This document shows positions 13,294 through 25,333 of a stretch of DNA of 64,000 nt, piece by piece. The position numbers and the translations under genes were made by a program. Location: positions 62,001 to 126,000 of the forward strand of contig JAAILG010000136.1 in NCBI GenBank assembly GCA_012026655.1. Reading direction: 5' to 3'. The notes under the pieces were generated by a model. That model made no database searches. It was not told the origin of the DNA and saw only the letters and a program-made list of their open reading frames with translations. Source of the DNA: Hydrolagus affinis. Lineage: Eukaryota. Position 1 is the first letter of the stretch. Each line of letters begins with the position of its first letter.

Positions 13294-13386
13294 CTCAATG
13301 CACCAACGGCTCAGTGGGTGAAATATCAATTCACGTCGATCTTTTTACACATCCGGGCACTGGAGAACATAAAGTGACTGTTAAAA
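13294..13386 (+). CDS. unc13c: unc13c internal coding exon (93 nt, phase 1-1), start of C2C domain
   Basis: ctcacag|CTCAAT...TTAAAA|gtaagc; (A)[30 protein letters not shown]; phase fits the previous exon. Confidence 0.95.
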
Positions 13387-13427
13387 GTAAGCGTTCCATT
13401 CACATCAAAAGATTAACGAAATATATT

Positions 13428-13687
13428 CCCGTGCCCTCTGTCCCACCATCATTGGCCGCGCTTTCAGCCACTAAGCCCGAAACTCTGGAATGCTCTTCCT
13501 CCATCACTTCGCCGTGCCCTTTCCTTCCCCATCTTCAGATCGTGCCTGTTGTCCTTCATCTTCGACCGTGCCTTCGGTGACCTTCCCCCCCAGCTTGGGG
13601 TCAAGCTTCGTCAAGCGCTCTGGGACCCTATCCTGTGTGAGGGGAGCGCTGTATAAATGCAAGTTGTTGGTGTCGTTGTTGTTGTTC
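13428..13687 (+). mobile_element. L2 LINE 3' end
   Basis: GC-rich L2 ORF2 end (tcttcgaccgtgccttcggt) and tail gtcaagcgctctgggac...gcgctgtataaatgcaagttgttg with (TTG)n. Confidence 0.8.
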
Positions 13688-13786
13688 TGAATAGTAGCAA
13701 GCAGACGGTTAATTAACTATGCATGTAAACAGAGCGAAAGATCGTGAGAAATTAAGGCTAATGGATGCTTTCTTTTCCCTTTGCAG

Positions 13787-13946
13787 TTGTCGCAGTCAAT
13801 AAGTTGCTCTGGCAAACGACTGCGATGTTTCGTCCATTTGTAGAACTGAATGTAATCGGACCAAATCTTAGCGACAAGAAAAGAAAATTTGGCACCAAGA
13901 CTAAAAACAATTCCTGGTCTCCGAAATACAATGAGACATTTCACTT
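13787..13946 (+). CDS. unc13c: unc13c internal coding exon (160 nt, phase 1-2), C2C domain
   Basis: tttgcag|TTGTCG...CACTT|gtaagt; (I)[52 protein letters not shown](F). Confidence 0.96.
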
Positions 13947-14152
13947 GTAAGTCACCACATGAATACTGTTGCCTGTGTTTTTATTTATACACATATAAGT
14001 GTAAATAATAGTTAATAATAATATTAAATATCAAATCTAATCAGTGGTTCCCACTGTCCTAAATAATGACAAAGTTGGAAAGTTCACTTTTTTAAGAATA
14101 GTACGGTACTAGCCAATGAGCAAATATTTATTGTTCTAAAATATTAATATTT

Positions 14153-14474
14153 GTGGAGCTCCTGTAGCTCAGTGGTTAGAGCTCTCGCCTTATTAGCGTG
14201 AGATCCATGTTCGAATCCAGGTAGATCAGGGCGAAACCTTGGGCAACTTTCCTTACTCCACACGCCTAATAATAATCGTTCTGAAAAAAACCAATAATAA
14301 AATTGATCACTTCAATCCACAACTGTTTGTGGGACACTTCTGTGTGGAATTGGCTGCCGCATTTCGCCCATAAATATACAATCAATTCCCTTTACAGTCT
14401 ATTCTGTGGAGCGCCTTTAGATGTCGATAAGATGTGAAAAGTACTATATCAAAAGCAAGGATCGTTATTATTAT
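14153..14474 (+). mobile_element. Full-length tRNA-derived SINE (Deu-like central domain, L2-like tail)
   Basis: Pol III A box TAGCTCAGTGG 14165-14175, B box GTTCGAATCC 14209-14218, central tgtttgtgggacac...aattggctgccgc, tail ending in (ATT)n; many other copies in the window. Confidence 0.9.
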
Positions 14475-15277
14475 CTAAAATCAGATCTTACTTTACTAAG
14501 ATCGACAGTCAAGTTGGACTCACCTTCAAACTTCTCCTAGAAAGCTCTTGTTAAGAATTCTCCCCCTCCCCTACACCCACCTATATTTGAGTCCCACCAG
14601 CCAAAATAATGGACACTTGCTCTTCATTTATGAAATCTACTTTTGAAATACGATAACCTGTTTTTCTCTCATCTGAGTGAAACGAGTTTAAGCGCTCTGA
14701 ACTGAGTTCCTAGTGAGCACCAGTCAATCCTCGGTGTAAAACTGCCAACAGTATATAATTGACCATCTTGCTCAGATAAAAGGCCACTTTGCCTGATGTG
14801 GGGGGAGGTGGAAATGTGATAATGGTGCAGCTGTGAGCTTCTTCAGCAGGCTTTGACCCGCCTGGTGTGAGAGTGCTTGAAACTGCCATGTGGATTGATA
14901 AAGTGGAAAGCACCATTCCCTAAATTGACATTTTTCACCTTGCAAAGAAATAAAATGGACCCAAAAAACATGATTTTTTTTTTCTCGAAGAAGGATTAGA
15001 ATCGAGTTTTCATCAGCTCTCTCCGAGGCTGCCAAATGTGACAATTTACAGCCACAGAATGTGGAATCCCAGGGGAAGTAAGGAGGCAAAGAAATAACAG
15101 AATAAACCTGATCTATCATAGTGCTTTCGTTGGGCTGATGTATATTATGCTACCAATTGAAGGAAGAAATCTCGATGCAATGGAAAGCTGTAGTGAGATA
15201 AATGGAAGTGCTGTAAATAAGATTCACAGGGTGCAGAGTAAAATATCTTCATACTAAAGGTTTGTTTATACATACAG

Positions 15278-15563
15278 CGTCCTGAGTAATGAGAATGGCC
15301 CTGAATCCTATGAGCTCCATATTTCCGTGAAGGATTACTGCTTTGCCAGAGAAGACCGGATTATAGGAATGACGGTCATCCAATTAAAGGACATAGCTGA
15401 GAAAGGGAGTTGTGCATCTTGGTATCCTCTCATCAAAAATGTTTACATGGATGAAACCGGACTGACAATTCTTCGAATACTCTCGCAGAGGACCAATGAT
15501 GAAGTGGCCAAAGAATTTGTACGCCTCAAATCAGACACCAGATCCGCTGAAGAATCCACGTAA
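15278..15563 (+). CDS. unc13c: unc13c terminal coding exon, C2C domain and C-terminus, stop TAA
   Basis: catacag|CGTCCTG...; [94 protein letters not shown]; [13 protein letters not shown] is UNC13C-type. Confidence 0.96.
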
Positions 15564-16620
15564 AAAGCGAAAGAGAGTGAACGATTTTTGTAAGGAAAGC
15601 TGACGGGAAGTTATAGTGCATGTCTGTTTTAACTGTGCGGGTACGTTCATCTGATTGTGTGCAGGTGTGTGCCGATAATTATAAAGTACTTCAGCCAGTA
15701 ATTATGTTGAGAAGGCGGGGTGTACTGAAATGCATTAATCTTTGGTCTCTCGGAAAGCTAATTGTTCTGATAAAGTGCCAAATCAAGATTGCCCGAGGGA
15801 ATTTTTCTTGGTATTTTGTCTTTTTTTTTAATTTGCTAAGTGATTAAATTCCAGTACTAACTTGCTATTCTGTAGTTTTCACATGAGTATATCTGTTGGT
15901 CTTCTGTTTGTGGCAGGCATTGTCTCTTTACTACTGTGATGTTCTTGAGCTCTGTCTGTTCAGTGCATGTTAGTGTACCTCAGCTAAGTTACATCCCGAT
16001 ACCCACTGATGTATTTTTGCTGTTTTGTTTATTACATATTCTATTCTTTCTTTGGGCAGGCTATGCCATTTCTGTTGAATGAGCCGTTTACCACATCCCT
16101 GTTCATAATTTCCCTTTATGACTTTCTAACAATGACTTCCTAATCATTCAGAGTGTGAAAAAGATTAACGGTTCCTTGGTTCAACATTTTGGACATATCA
16201 CTGTGAACATGATGCTTAGCTAGGATTGTTCAAAATTTTCTTAGAAGAAACAAAATGGCATTGTTAATTTCCAAATGTTGCCAAAGGGATCCTCTATCTA
16301 CATCCATACACCTACTACTTTGTATGCCATATTAAGAGGCCATATGTTTACAGAGCTGCAGGCTGTTTTTGGTGATTTGATTGGAAGAATATTGTTTCCA
16401 ATAAGTAGTGAAGCTGTTACCCTTTTCAACGATGCACTTGTAAATGTTGCTTTCTAAAATTGTATTATTGCAGTCCAACCGTAATCTCATTGTTACTTTA
16501 ATTTTTTTTCAACAATTGGTAATTATGCAACATTATGTACCGCACTGATGTTGAAATTAGTGTCTTGTAAATATATTTAGTGAAGAATTGTACAATAAAG
16601 CATTGAAAAAATACTGGTTT
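15564..16620 (+). other. unc13c: Probable unc13c 3' UTR (end approximate)
   Basis: U-rich sequence with no recognisable repeats between the stop codon and an AATAAA; a longer neuronal UTR isoform cannot be excluded. Confidence 0.6.
16594..16599 (+). terminator. Candidate polyadenylation signal AATAAA
   Basis: AATAAA preceded by TGTA motifs (16566, 16589) and followed by a GT-rich tract (ctggtttgtcc). Confidence 0.6.
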
Positions 16621-18574
16621 GTCCAGTCCCAGAAATGGGTTATTGCTGCAAAACTTATTCAACGTTTCCCATTAAATTATTATTTAGGTTTGAGTATTCA
16701 TTTTTCTAAGCTGATTTAAAAGGAATATTGACAATTGCGCTATAATTGACTGCAAAAGTGACAGAAACCTTACAGGGAATTGGGATCTTTTGAGGCACAA
16801 CCGGGTGATTTTTTTTTAGCCGGCAAAGTAGACATTTTAAAATGTTAAGAAAAGTATCAGGTTCTTACTCTCCCACCGGGAAAAGAAAGAATTTTATGTT
16901 TTTAGGTCACTATTGATGAGTTTCCTGGTCTCTTACTTGCATGAATTTAATGCTAGAAGTCGTAATGTTGAAGGAGACTATCATTTCTGAAATTCCATTT
17001 CATCTTGTGATTCAGGCGTGGAATTCTTAAAAGGAATGAGGGAATGAAGTTTTGTTCAGGCTCATCGATGTTGCACACAGTACTGTACAATATTTGTAGA
17101 TTTGAAAAAAGATCAAGTGAGATCTCAGGTGTGAAGCGCTAATGCATGCATTGGAATGACAGCCCCACATACGCCTGGTTTAAGTCCTGGAAATCAAAGT
17201 TACATCCTCTCATGCAATGCATTTCCAGCCTAAGATTTAAACTCAAGTGTTTCCATTGCAATATGGTTATACAGTACTAAATTGCTGAAATTGCATTATT
17301 AATGGAGTCTTTGAGTTCCTGTTTACTGATCACATGAGACCTCAGCCATATGGTGATTCAGTCCCCAAAGCATCGTAATTTTAGCTTCTATAATCGAAAC
17401 GTCAACTAATGAGAAAACATTATGACAACAATCGTTTTATACTGTGAAAATATGTCTCACACCTTCTACATAAGTACGCAGTGTGCAGAAAGTTCATCCC
17501 ATATTGGGTTTTGCACTTTTAAAATTGTATCCCTTGAAAACCAATTACTGCCTCCCATCAGTAAATTTTACCAGCTGTGGCTGTAGCCAGAACCAACCAT
17601 TAACCAGACGTTTCGAAGAGGTCTTGCATTCACAAAGCACAATCAGTTGCAGAGTAAATTGATGGAAAGGATAATATGGGCCCAGACAGATTCGAAATTG
17701 CATAGAGGTATCGAAATGGCAAGCATGAGAAATGATAAAATGAAACCCGGTTAAAACACTAAGGGGAGATTGTATCTCATTCTGAAACAATTACTGGATG
17801 GATGTGCTTTTTTTTCTTGGTCATTGTATTGTAAGCAAATTTTACCTTTCAGATTGGGAATTTGATACGTTTCAGAATGTGTGGGCAATTGATTCCTCGA
17901 TTCCTCCTTCTGTCCTCCTCCACCGACTTTGCTTTGTTGTCCTTATCAGTCCGCTTTCGGAAGCGGGTTTCGGAAGAGAGCAAGTACGTTACTATGGTGA
18001 TAAGATTTGTTGCTGTTTGATAGCCAGCGACCGGAACATTTCCATTCAGTGCACAGACACACGTTCATCTTCAACCCGTGAACTATGTACGTGTTAAATT
18101 CCCCTAACAAAACTACTTTTTAAGCCTGCAGCTGTCAACAAATAGATTCATTTTCTTTTAAATCCAGGGTAGGAACTAGCAGGCATCTTTAAGTTGTTTC
18201 TTTAAAAATATATATTTTGCAGGTCATTCAAGCCTCACGGTCTCTGATCAGGATTTTCATATTTGTTAAAAGCGCAACTGGCTGACATGTGCCAGATTGA
18301 CCTATCAACACTTGTCTCTCTGGTTGACTGTTCATGTTCCCATTTAGACAATTGGCGGACCGTAACAAGCTAGAACTCTCTGTGCTCAGCAAAAGCTGGG
18401 GTGAATAGATTCCTTATTGATTCAACTTTCATTACAACTGTTGACTTTTTAAAATTTTACTTGGTACAACTTTGGACAATTTAACAAATGTAGCACCTTG
18501 TCATTTGTTTTGCAAACAGATTATTCAGTGTGAGAGTTTGTGACATTGTAAAGGTCTAGACTAGAGAATGGTAA

Positions 18575-18885
18575 ACCTGGCTCAGTTGGTAAATTATGGA
18601 TTCAAGCCCCATGTATGGGATTCTAAACTCACATAATCTAGACTGGTGTTCCAAACTAATGCTGATGGATTTCTACATGGCTGGAGATGCCAATTATCGG
18701 ATGAGATGTTAAACTGATGTCCCGTCTGCATGTTCTGGTGGATGAAAAGAAAAGGGAGCTATTCTAGGGGGCTCAGGCAAGATTCCCCCCAAACAAAATT
18801 GATCATTCATTTCATGATTCTTTGTGGGATATTGTTGTGTACAAATCTTATTTTTGTGTCTATCCACAAAATACAAAGTCACTAT
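18575..18885 (+). mobile_element. Old Deu-domain SINE (SacSINE1/AmnSINE-like), decayed
   Basis: ggctcagttggt head, cggatgagatgttaaactga...cccgtctgc...ggtggat and tttgtgggatattgttgtg resemble the recalled Deu-SINE consensus. Confidence 0.6.
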
Positions 18886-18892
18886 ACCTCTT

Positions 18893-19112
18893 ATCATAGA
18901 ATCATAGAATCTTACGGCACAAAAGGAGGCCATTCGGCCCATAGAGTCTGTGCCGGCTCTTTAAAAAGAGCAATTTAATCCCACTCCCCAGTTCTCTCCC
19001 CATAACCATGCAAACCCGTCCTCCCCAAATAAATGTCTACCTCTCTTTTAAAAGTTGTTATCGAATTGGCCTCCACCAGCTTTTCAGGCAATGCATTCCG
19101 GATTTGAACAAT
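18893..19112 (-). mobile_element. CR1 LINE 3' end
   Basis: atcatagaatcatagaat (reverse of the ATTCTATG CR1 terminal repeat) followed by ggaggccattcggccc; homologous to 24143 and 34380. Confidence 0.85.
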
Positions 19113-19899
19113 TACCTAGAAAAGTCTTAAAAGGCATTGACCTTGTATGGTTTTGTTTAATGATTTAATCTTTTTCTTGTTTACCTCATTTTCTTAAAAA
19201 TACATTTCAGTTTTTTTCAAGGATTGGAGGTACTGTAAATAATTTGCCTCATACATTACATGTCCAGTATTACATGATGGTTTCTATCTGATTACTTTTT
19301 ACTTTTTGCCAAAACAGGGAATACTTTGATTAAACTGCCTCAACCAAATACTATATTTGGATTTAGTTATTTTAAAATTGAATGTTTTCAGATTTGATGT
19401 ATCACTTTTCAATTGTGTTTTGTTCGTAGTGCACTAGCTCTCCATAACCTTTAGTCTCTGTTACAAAATAGTTATTTTGCGGAGTAGAGTTGGCAAGCTT
19501 CCAATCATACCTTACAGCGGTTGTCAAGTTTGAAGCTGCTATGCAGTGAATCAATTCCAATAGCATTGAAATATTAAAGTTTGTACGAGTTCAATATTTT
19601 GTGGTTAATGGTATTTCTGTGTTCGAGACGGGTAAAAAGAGAGGTGTGAGTTTTTTCCTTTATATGGAAATTCCTTTATATGCTATATCCTTGATATACG
19701 TTTCACCCAGAAAATAACAAAATAACAATTGAAAGGACCTGCAGCATTTATTTTCAAATAAGTCCACAAATATACAGTCAATTCACTTTACAATATATTC
19801 TGTGAAGCACGTTGAGACATCTCAATGACGTGATAAGGTGCTATATCAAATGCAAGGATTATTATTCTCTATCTGTGTTGCCTTTACTTACATAAAGCA

Positions 19900-20680
19900 G
19901 GTTGGGTTTTCACCTCAACTTGATCTTCGTCGCAATAAAGAAGATCTTCTTGGGTGTTTCAAATCATTGCCTTCAATGATCAGAATATGCTGCCATCCAA
20001 TTTTCCCAACTCCTCCACTCTGTACTGTATATGTGTCTTGTGGGAAGGGTTGATCTCTGAATGATGAGGCTGATGTCATGCTCATTATTGTTCTACAGTA
20101 GATTATAGTTCCTTTGTGACATACAACCAGTCCTTGATTATTAGTTATTCTGCATCTTCCATTGGTATTAATGCAGGTAATTAGAACCTTTTACCATTTG
20201 GGCAGCCTGTGGGTGTGCCATTGTTTGCTGCATGTTCGTAATTAATTTGGATGTGTTTGCCTTGTTTGTATCACACAAAGTTTTAATTAAATGGATTAAA
20301 CTGAGTTTTGAATTGTTCTTGAATGTTTTGTCAAGGGAATTCTGGAGATTTAGTTTGTCCTTCATGAGGCTAAACAGTGAGTAACATTATCTTTCTGATG
20401 AGAGATTTCTTTAGAATGCTCTGCCTGACAGGTGCTATGGTTGTAAACCGTTTATAATATGCCTATTGTCGATTGAGTTGTGTGGGTACCAGTTATTTTT
20501 TAATGTGACTTCAATAATTGCCTTATATGGATCATGTCGGCATCATTTTATGTCTGTCCTCATACTGGATAGTAAAATATTTGCTTCACTTTATCTGTCT
20601 CCAAAGTAATCTGTAAAGTCTTTATAGTCTCTTGATGCACCAAATCCTTTATTGGGTATAAACAGAGGAAAGAGGATTTT
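19900..20680 (-). mobile_element. Decayed L1/Tx1-like reverse transcriptase relic
   Basis: Minus-strand pieces in correct order: LFIPNKG..DY, ITLETDK, MMPDMIHIRQ, SIDNRHII, SLDKTF...SLIHLIK. Confidence 0.45.
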
Positions 20681-22384
20681 TTTTAAAAAAATGTGAAGTA
20701 AGTGATTGTTAATGAGAAGAAACAATATTTTGCTGGTCTCAGTGAAATGAATGTATTGTCAGTAAGACGTAGAGTGGTAAATTGGAGCTTGTATTTGCAT
20801 CTTACTTACTCAAAGTTTCCATGTTCTTGACGAATACATGTCATTTGTTTTGCTGATATTTCTTTTAACCTCTTGAGTTTTATCTACATCATTTCTTTTC
20901 CAAAGAAATATTGCTGCATTAGACATGTTTCAGGTAAAGGCTGAATCCAGAATTTACAGTTTTATTGGAAGTGAGAAGAGATTTTATAATTTTAAACATG
21001 GTCTGCTCTCAAGGTTTGTTGACTGTCCAACTTATATCCACCTCATTTACTCCTCTTGTCATTTTCAAAATACACAGTCAATTCAATTTATATTATATCT
21101 TGCAAAGCACTTTTGAGACATCTCAAAGATGTAGTAAGGCAATATATCAAATGCAAGAATGATTATTATTATATTAAACCTAGATTAATTTTCACCTTTT
21201 TTTTAATGAGAACAAATACCAGTGTGTGAGTTGTCTTTTATAAATTAGAATTAGAAATTGATAGCACCGAAGGAAGCCATTCAAACCATCAAGTCATCAA
21301 CTCTCAGAGCAAAGAGCTGTTTCAATCCAACTACCCTGTCTTACCCTATGTAACACTTTCCATTAACGTATTACTCTTCCCTTCAACTTTCTCCAAAATT
21401 TAAATGTTCTTCAATCTTCTTTCCGCTGTTGAGTGCCCAAACTTGCGCACAATATTTCCAAAGGTGATTTCACCAGTAATCCAGTACATATATGTGGTTG
21501 AACAACTTAAATCTCCACAGCATGGTAAGGTAATGATAATAATAATACCTGCATTTAATATAGCAATTAAAGTATATCAAATGCAAGATTTATAATGCAC
21601 ATTTATATAATATATTGTAAATAGATACCTATATAAATATATATATAGGGAAATTTGGAATAAATCAGTTCCCACTGCATACTTTTAGCAGAGTATGAGT
21701 ATGATATGACCAGCCATATCCAAAACATAAGTCCTTTACCAATAAAATCTGAGTAGTTAGTAATAAATACTGTGAATCTTTGAACAATATTGTTGTCTAG
21801 GTGATGAAAATGGCCATAATTATCCTTTTGAAAAAAATCTATTGGAGACTTATGTATTAAATTTTGTGTATATAACTGGTAAAGCCATGTTTGCAAAGCT
21901 GTATTCCATTTTTGGCACTCAATCTTCAAACTTATACTGATGTATTGGAATAGTTTCAGAGTGGAGGAATAAAGATGGTTCTGGGACATAATGCGCCAAA
22001 TTATGCACTTACAGTGGTTTACACAAATTGCACTTGCAGAGGCTTAGACAAAAAGGATTAAACGTGGGGATACAATCAGATTTTTAAGGTGATAAATAGT
22101 TTAGAAAATCAATAAAGAATTTTCATTTAGATCATGAGATCAACTGGAGGGTGAAGGAAGGCTTCAAATTAAAATTTAAACAAAAACTACAAGCAGGACT
22201 CCAGACAAGACATCGTTTTTTGTCCTTCCATGGAGTAATGGAAGTATAAAACCGCAAGCTTGACGTTTTGCACTTCTATAGTGTTGTTCACACAGGGGAA
22301 CACACTCTGAACAAAAGTGGCTGATGTTGCGAGTTAGCCAATTCAACAAAAATAATTAAATAACTATCTGCATAAAAATAATAT

Positions 22385-22500
22385 GGCATAATAATAATTC
22401 TTGGATTTCCTATAGCCCCTTATCACCTCTTAGAGACGTCTCAAAGCGCTTCTCAGAATATACTGTAAAGTGAATTGACTATATATTTTGTGGGCAAAAA
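22385..22500 (-). mobile_element. SINE 3' tail fragment
   Basis: Reverse complement of the family tail (gagacgtctcaaagcgcttc...gtgggcaaa). Confidence 0.8.
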
Positions 22501-22534
22501 CACTAAGCCTTGGGAGAATGTCATCAAACCAATA

Positions 22535-22670
22535 GACAGGAACCCTGGCTGTGCTTCTCCTCCCTAACTCTGGGAGACCAAGCAAACTGAGAGACCAGCA
22601 AATTCAGCATTGACTGGGATTCGAACTAATGAGAGCTTTGGTCCATAAGATATAGTTCTATACACTACAA
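22535..22670 (-). mobile_element. Ancient tRNA-SINE fragment (LmeSINE1-like)
   Basis: ggaaccctggct...ctccctaac...gggattcgaac (reverse B box); a related + strand piece lies at ~30965-31035. Confidence 0.4.
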
Positions 22671-23499
22671 CCCAGAACTCTGGGTTTTAATTTTCCATTG
22701 ACATTTAATGTTGTTATTGCCTACGGTAATGGGATTTTCAATCTATGGTATCTATAGCAGGTGCAGAGTTATGAGTGTGACAGGAGTCAGAAGTTTCTGC
22801 CACCCCTCATCACAGAGAGGGGTTTTGATTTTATTGTACAAATAAAATGTACTGTATTAAATATCTGGAGACAAAAGGTTACCAGTTTTTTTTTGTGTTA
22901 TGCGATTTCACTGTTTTGCTGCATTTTCAGATTGAATAGTAATTAGCCTGTCCATGTGGAGATGCTGACTGATGCTAAATATTAATCATGCTAATATATG
23001 TAATCTCATCCTTTCAAGGATTCAAGACAAGAAACGGTTACACTGCAAAATCCAACCAATGTTGCCATGTAAACTTGAAGTCAGAATGTCTTTAAAGAAG
23101 GATCCTTTGTGTACCTGATGTTGCATTTTTATTGTAAGAGTGTCAGGCAGATAACGGTTGAAAATTGAAATCTCATTGCCATGTTCTGTTTGAGACCTCA
23201 TGTCCATTCAGAAGGAGAGCAGCTGTATTCTACCTGCCACACAGATGTGTGAACTCTACGCAAGTTATTTGACAGTAAAGATCTGTGAGACGAAAGAGAA
23301 GAACAAAGCATTTCTCGTACACCTTGATTAGGGGCATCCAAGCTGGACTTCAGCCATGACAAAGCTCGAGCCACTGACATTTAGAATGGTTGGACCTTCA
23401 ATGTAGCTGCTAATTAAGCAAGGTCATTGAAACAGAATATGTAATCGGGGATGGATTCAGACAGCAGGCTGATGAATGAGCCAACACGTCGATCTACTT

Positions 23500-23780
23500 G
23501 TCACGGTTTTCTTACCTTGTTTTATGCACCAGTTGCTTAGTGCTAACCATCTTGGCCACACTCTTTGTGTGTCTGCCGTTCGAGTCCATGTGGGAGCTCT
23601 CATTGGGGGCAATGTGCTTTACTGCTTCTAAAACTGCCAGCACTGTGTTAGGAAATGAAGAGGCTCCGCTGAGTGCCACCTTCACCAGTTGCATCTTAGT
23701 TCCAATATGTACGTTTATGCAAAGATTCCTTCTGGCGATTCCAAAGGTGTTGATTCCTCTTCCGACTCAGACTCTTAATC
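23500..23780 (-). mobile_element. Decayed RTE-like LINE ORF fragment
   Basis: Minus frame INTFGIARRNLCINVHIGTKMQLVKVAL resembles the post-RT AFGxLxxxxWxxxxIxxxTKxxxYxA motif. Confidence 0.35.
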
Positions 23781-24142
23781 AGATTGCCCAACACAATGTG
23801 TGCGTGTGTATGTGTTGTAAACGAGTATTTAATTCAATAGAGCAGCAATCGCATTTAAAATCTTTCCATTAGAAATTAAATGAATATTCTAGTTTCTATC
23901 CTAACAGGTTGCTCAGTATCTAATTGAGATTGTTAAGTAGTCCAGAAACAGAGTCAGAAACTTAATTGAGTATCCAATTAGGCTTTTATGGCCCTGAAAA
24001 CACTAATTCAGGTTAGCCAGAGATCAGTATAATCTTCCCTGTTGAGACCAGGCGGTCAAACAGATGGAGGCAAGTGATAAAGTGGGAAACTCTGATTCCC
24101 CAAAGTAACGTATTTCATCATGAGAGATGTTGTGCTCAAATG

Positions 24143-24342
24143 ATCATAGAATCATAGAATTATACAGCCGCTTCGGCCCTTTGTGTCTGTGCCGACTCTT
24201 TGAAAAGAGCTGTCCAATTCAATGCCGTTCTCTCCCTGCAAACGTCTCCTCCCCAAATACATAAATGATCTCCAACTTTTAAAAGTTGTTATCGAATCAC
24301 CTTCCACCAACCTTTCAGCCAATGCAGTCCAGATCTGAACAT
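24143..24342 (-). mobile_element. CR1 LINE 3' end
   Basis: atcatagaatcatagaat terminus; aligns by eye with 18893-19112. Confidence 0.85.
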
Positions 24343-24731
24343 TTTCAGATGGTAACATTCTCTGTATTTTGAGACATAATGTCAGGCCCTTTGATAAGAT
24401 TGCCAAATCTCAAATGAATCAATAGAAATATTGAGGATGCCTCGCCTTGTTTTTCAATCTTAAATCAGTTGTTATGACTATTGAAGTATAAACATTGACC
24501 TATATCAATGTTGTAATGGAATATAACACTAATATATATGTGTGTATTTGGGGCTTACATTTGCCGACCAACATCCTTTGTGATCGATAAACTATTGATT
24601 ATAATAATTAAGATGTAAGTATTCAATTACAAACGTCTACCCAATGTTTGACATAGTCTTCTCAGAGATTGCCTGGTTATTGTAATTATGTATTGTCTTC
24701 TTGTGCTTCCTGTGAATGCACTGCCACCTCT

Positions 24732-24807
24732 TTTGACCTTTCTTATAAACTCCATCAATTATATTATATTATATTTGACCTTTCTTATAAACTCCATCAA
24801 TTATATT
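24732..24807. repeat. Perfect 34-bp direct duplication (period 42)
   Basis: tttgacctttcttataaactccatcaattatatt at 24732-24765 and 24774-24807. Confidence 0.9.
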
Positions 24808-24896
24808 TATATTTTATATTTTTCCATCTAGCAATACGTTTATGAGTTGGGATGGAATGTGTAAACCAGCTATTGATTCTTGAGAAAAGGCTAAAT

Positions 24897-25207
24897 GTGG
24901 AGTCCTGTAGCTCAGGTCCTTACAAGCGTGAGACCTGTGTTCGAATCCAGGCAGGTCAGGGCGAAACCTTGGGCAAGTTTCCTTACTCCACATGCCTAAT
25001 AATAATCCCTCACCAAAAAACCCACAATACTGTAATAAAATTCGGCATTTCAATCCAAACTGTTTGTGGGACACTGCTGTGCGCAATTGGCTGCCGCGTT
25101 TTGCCCATAAATACACAGTCAATGCACTTTACAGTGTATTCTGTGAAGCACTTTGAGATGTTTAGAAGACATGAAAAGCATTATATCAAATGCAGGATTA
25201 TTATCAT
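24897..25207 (+). mobile_element. Near full-length tRNA-derived SINE
   Basis: gtggagtcctgtagctcag head, B box gttcgaatcc, central domain, ATT tail. Confidence 0.9.
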
Positions 25208-25333
25208 AAATACTGCAGATGCTGGAAATCTGAAATAAAACAGAAGTTGTTGGGAACATGCAGCAGGCCAGGCATCATCTATGAAGAGAGGAAAATTATT
25301 TCATGTTTCAAGTCTATGACCTATTGTCAGAAC
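25208..25333. mobile_element. Penelope-like terminal repeat fragment
   Basis: aaatactgcagatgctggaaatctgaaataaaa...ggcatcatct...gtttca...cagaac, a repeat I recall as common in chondrichthyans; a decayed opposite-orientation copy lies at ~34662-34790. Confidence 0.5.

Noticed and set aside
14153-14230. tRNA-like A and B boxes (also 24897, 26480, 59608)
   Set aside because: These are SINE heads continuing into SINE bodies, not tRNA genes
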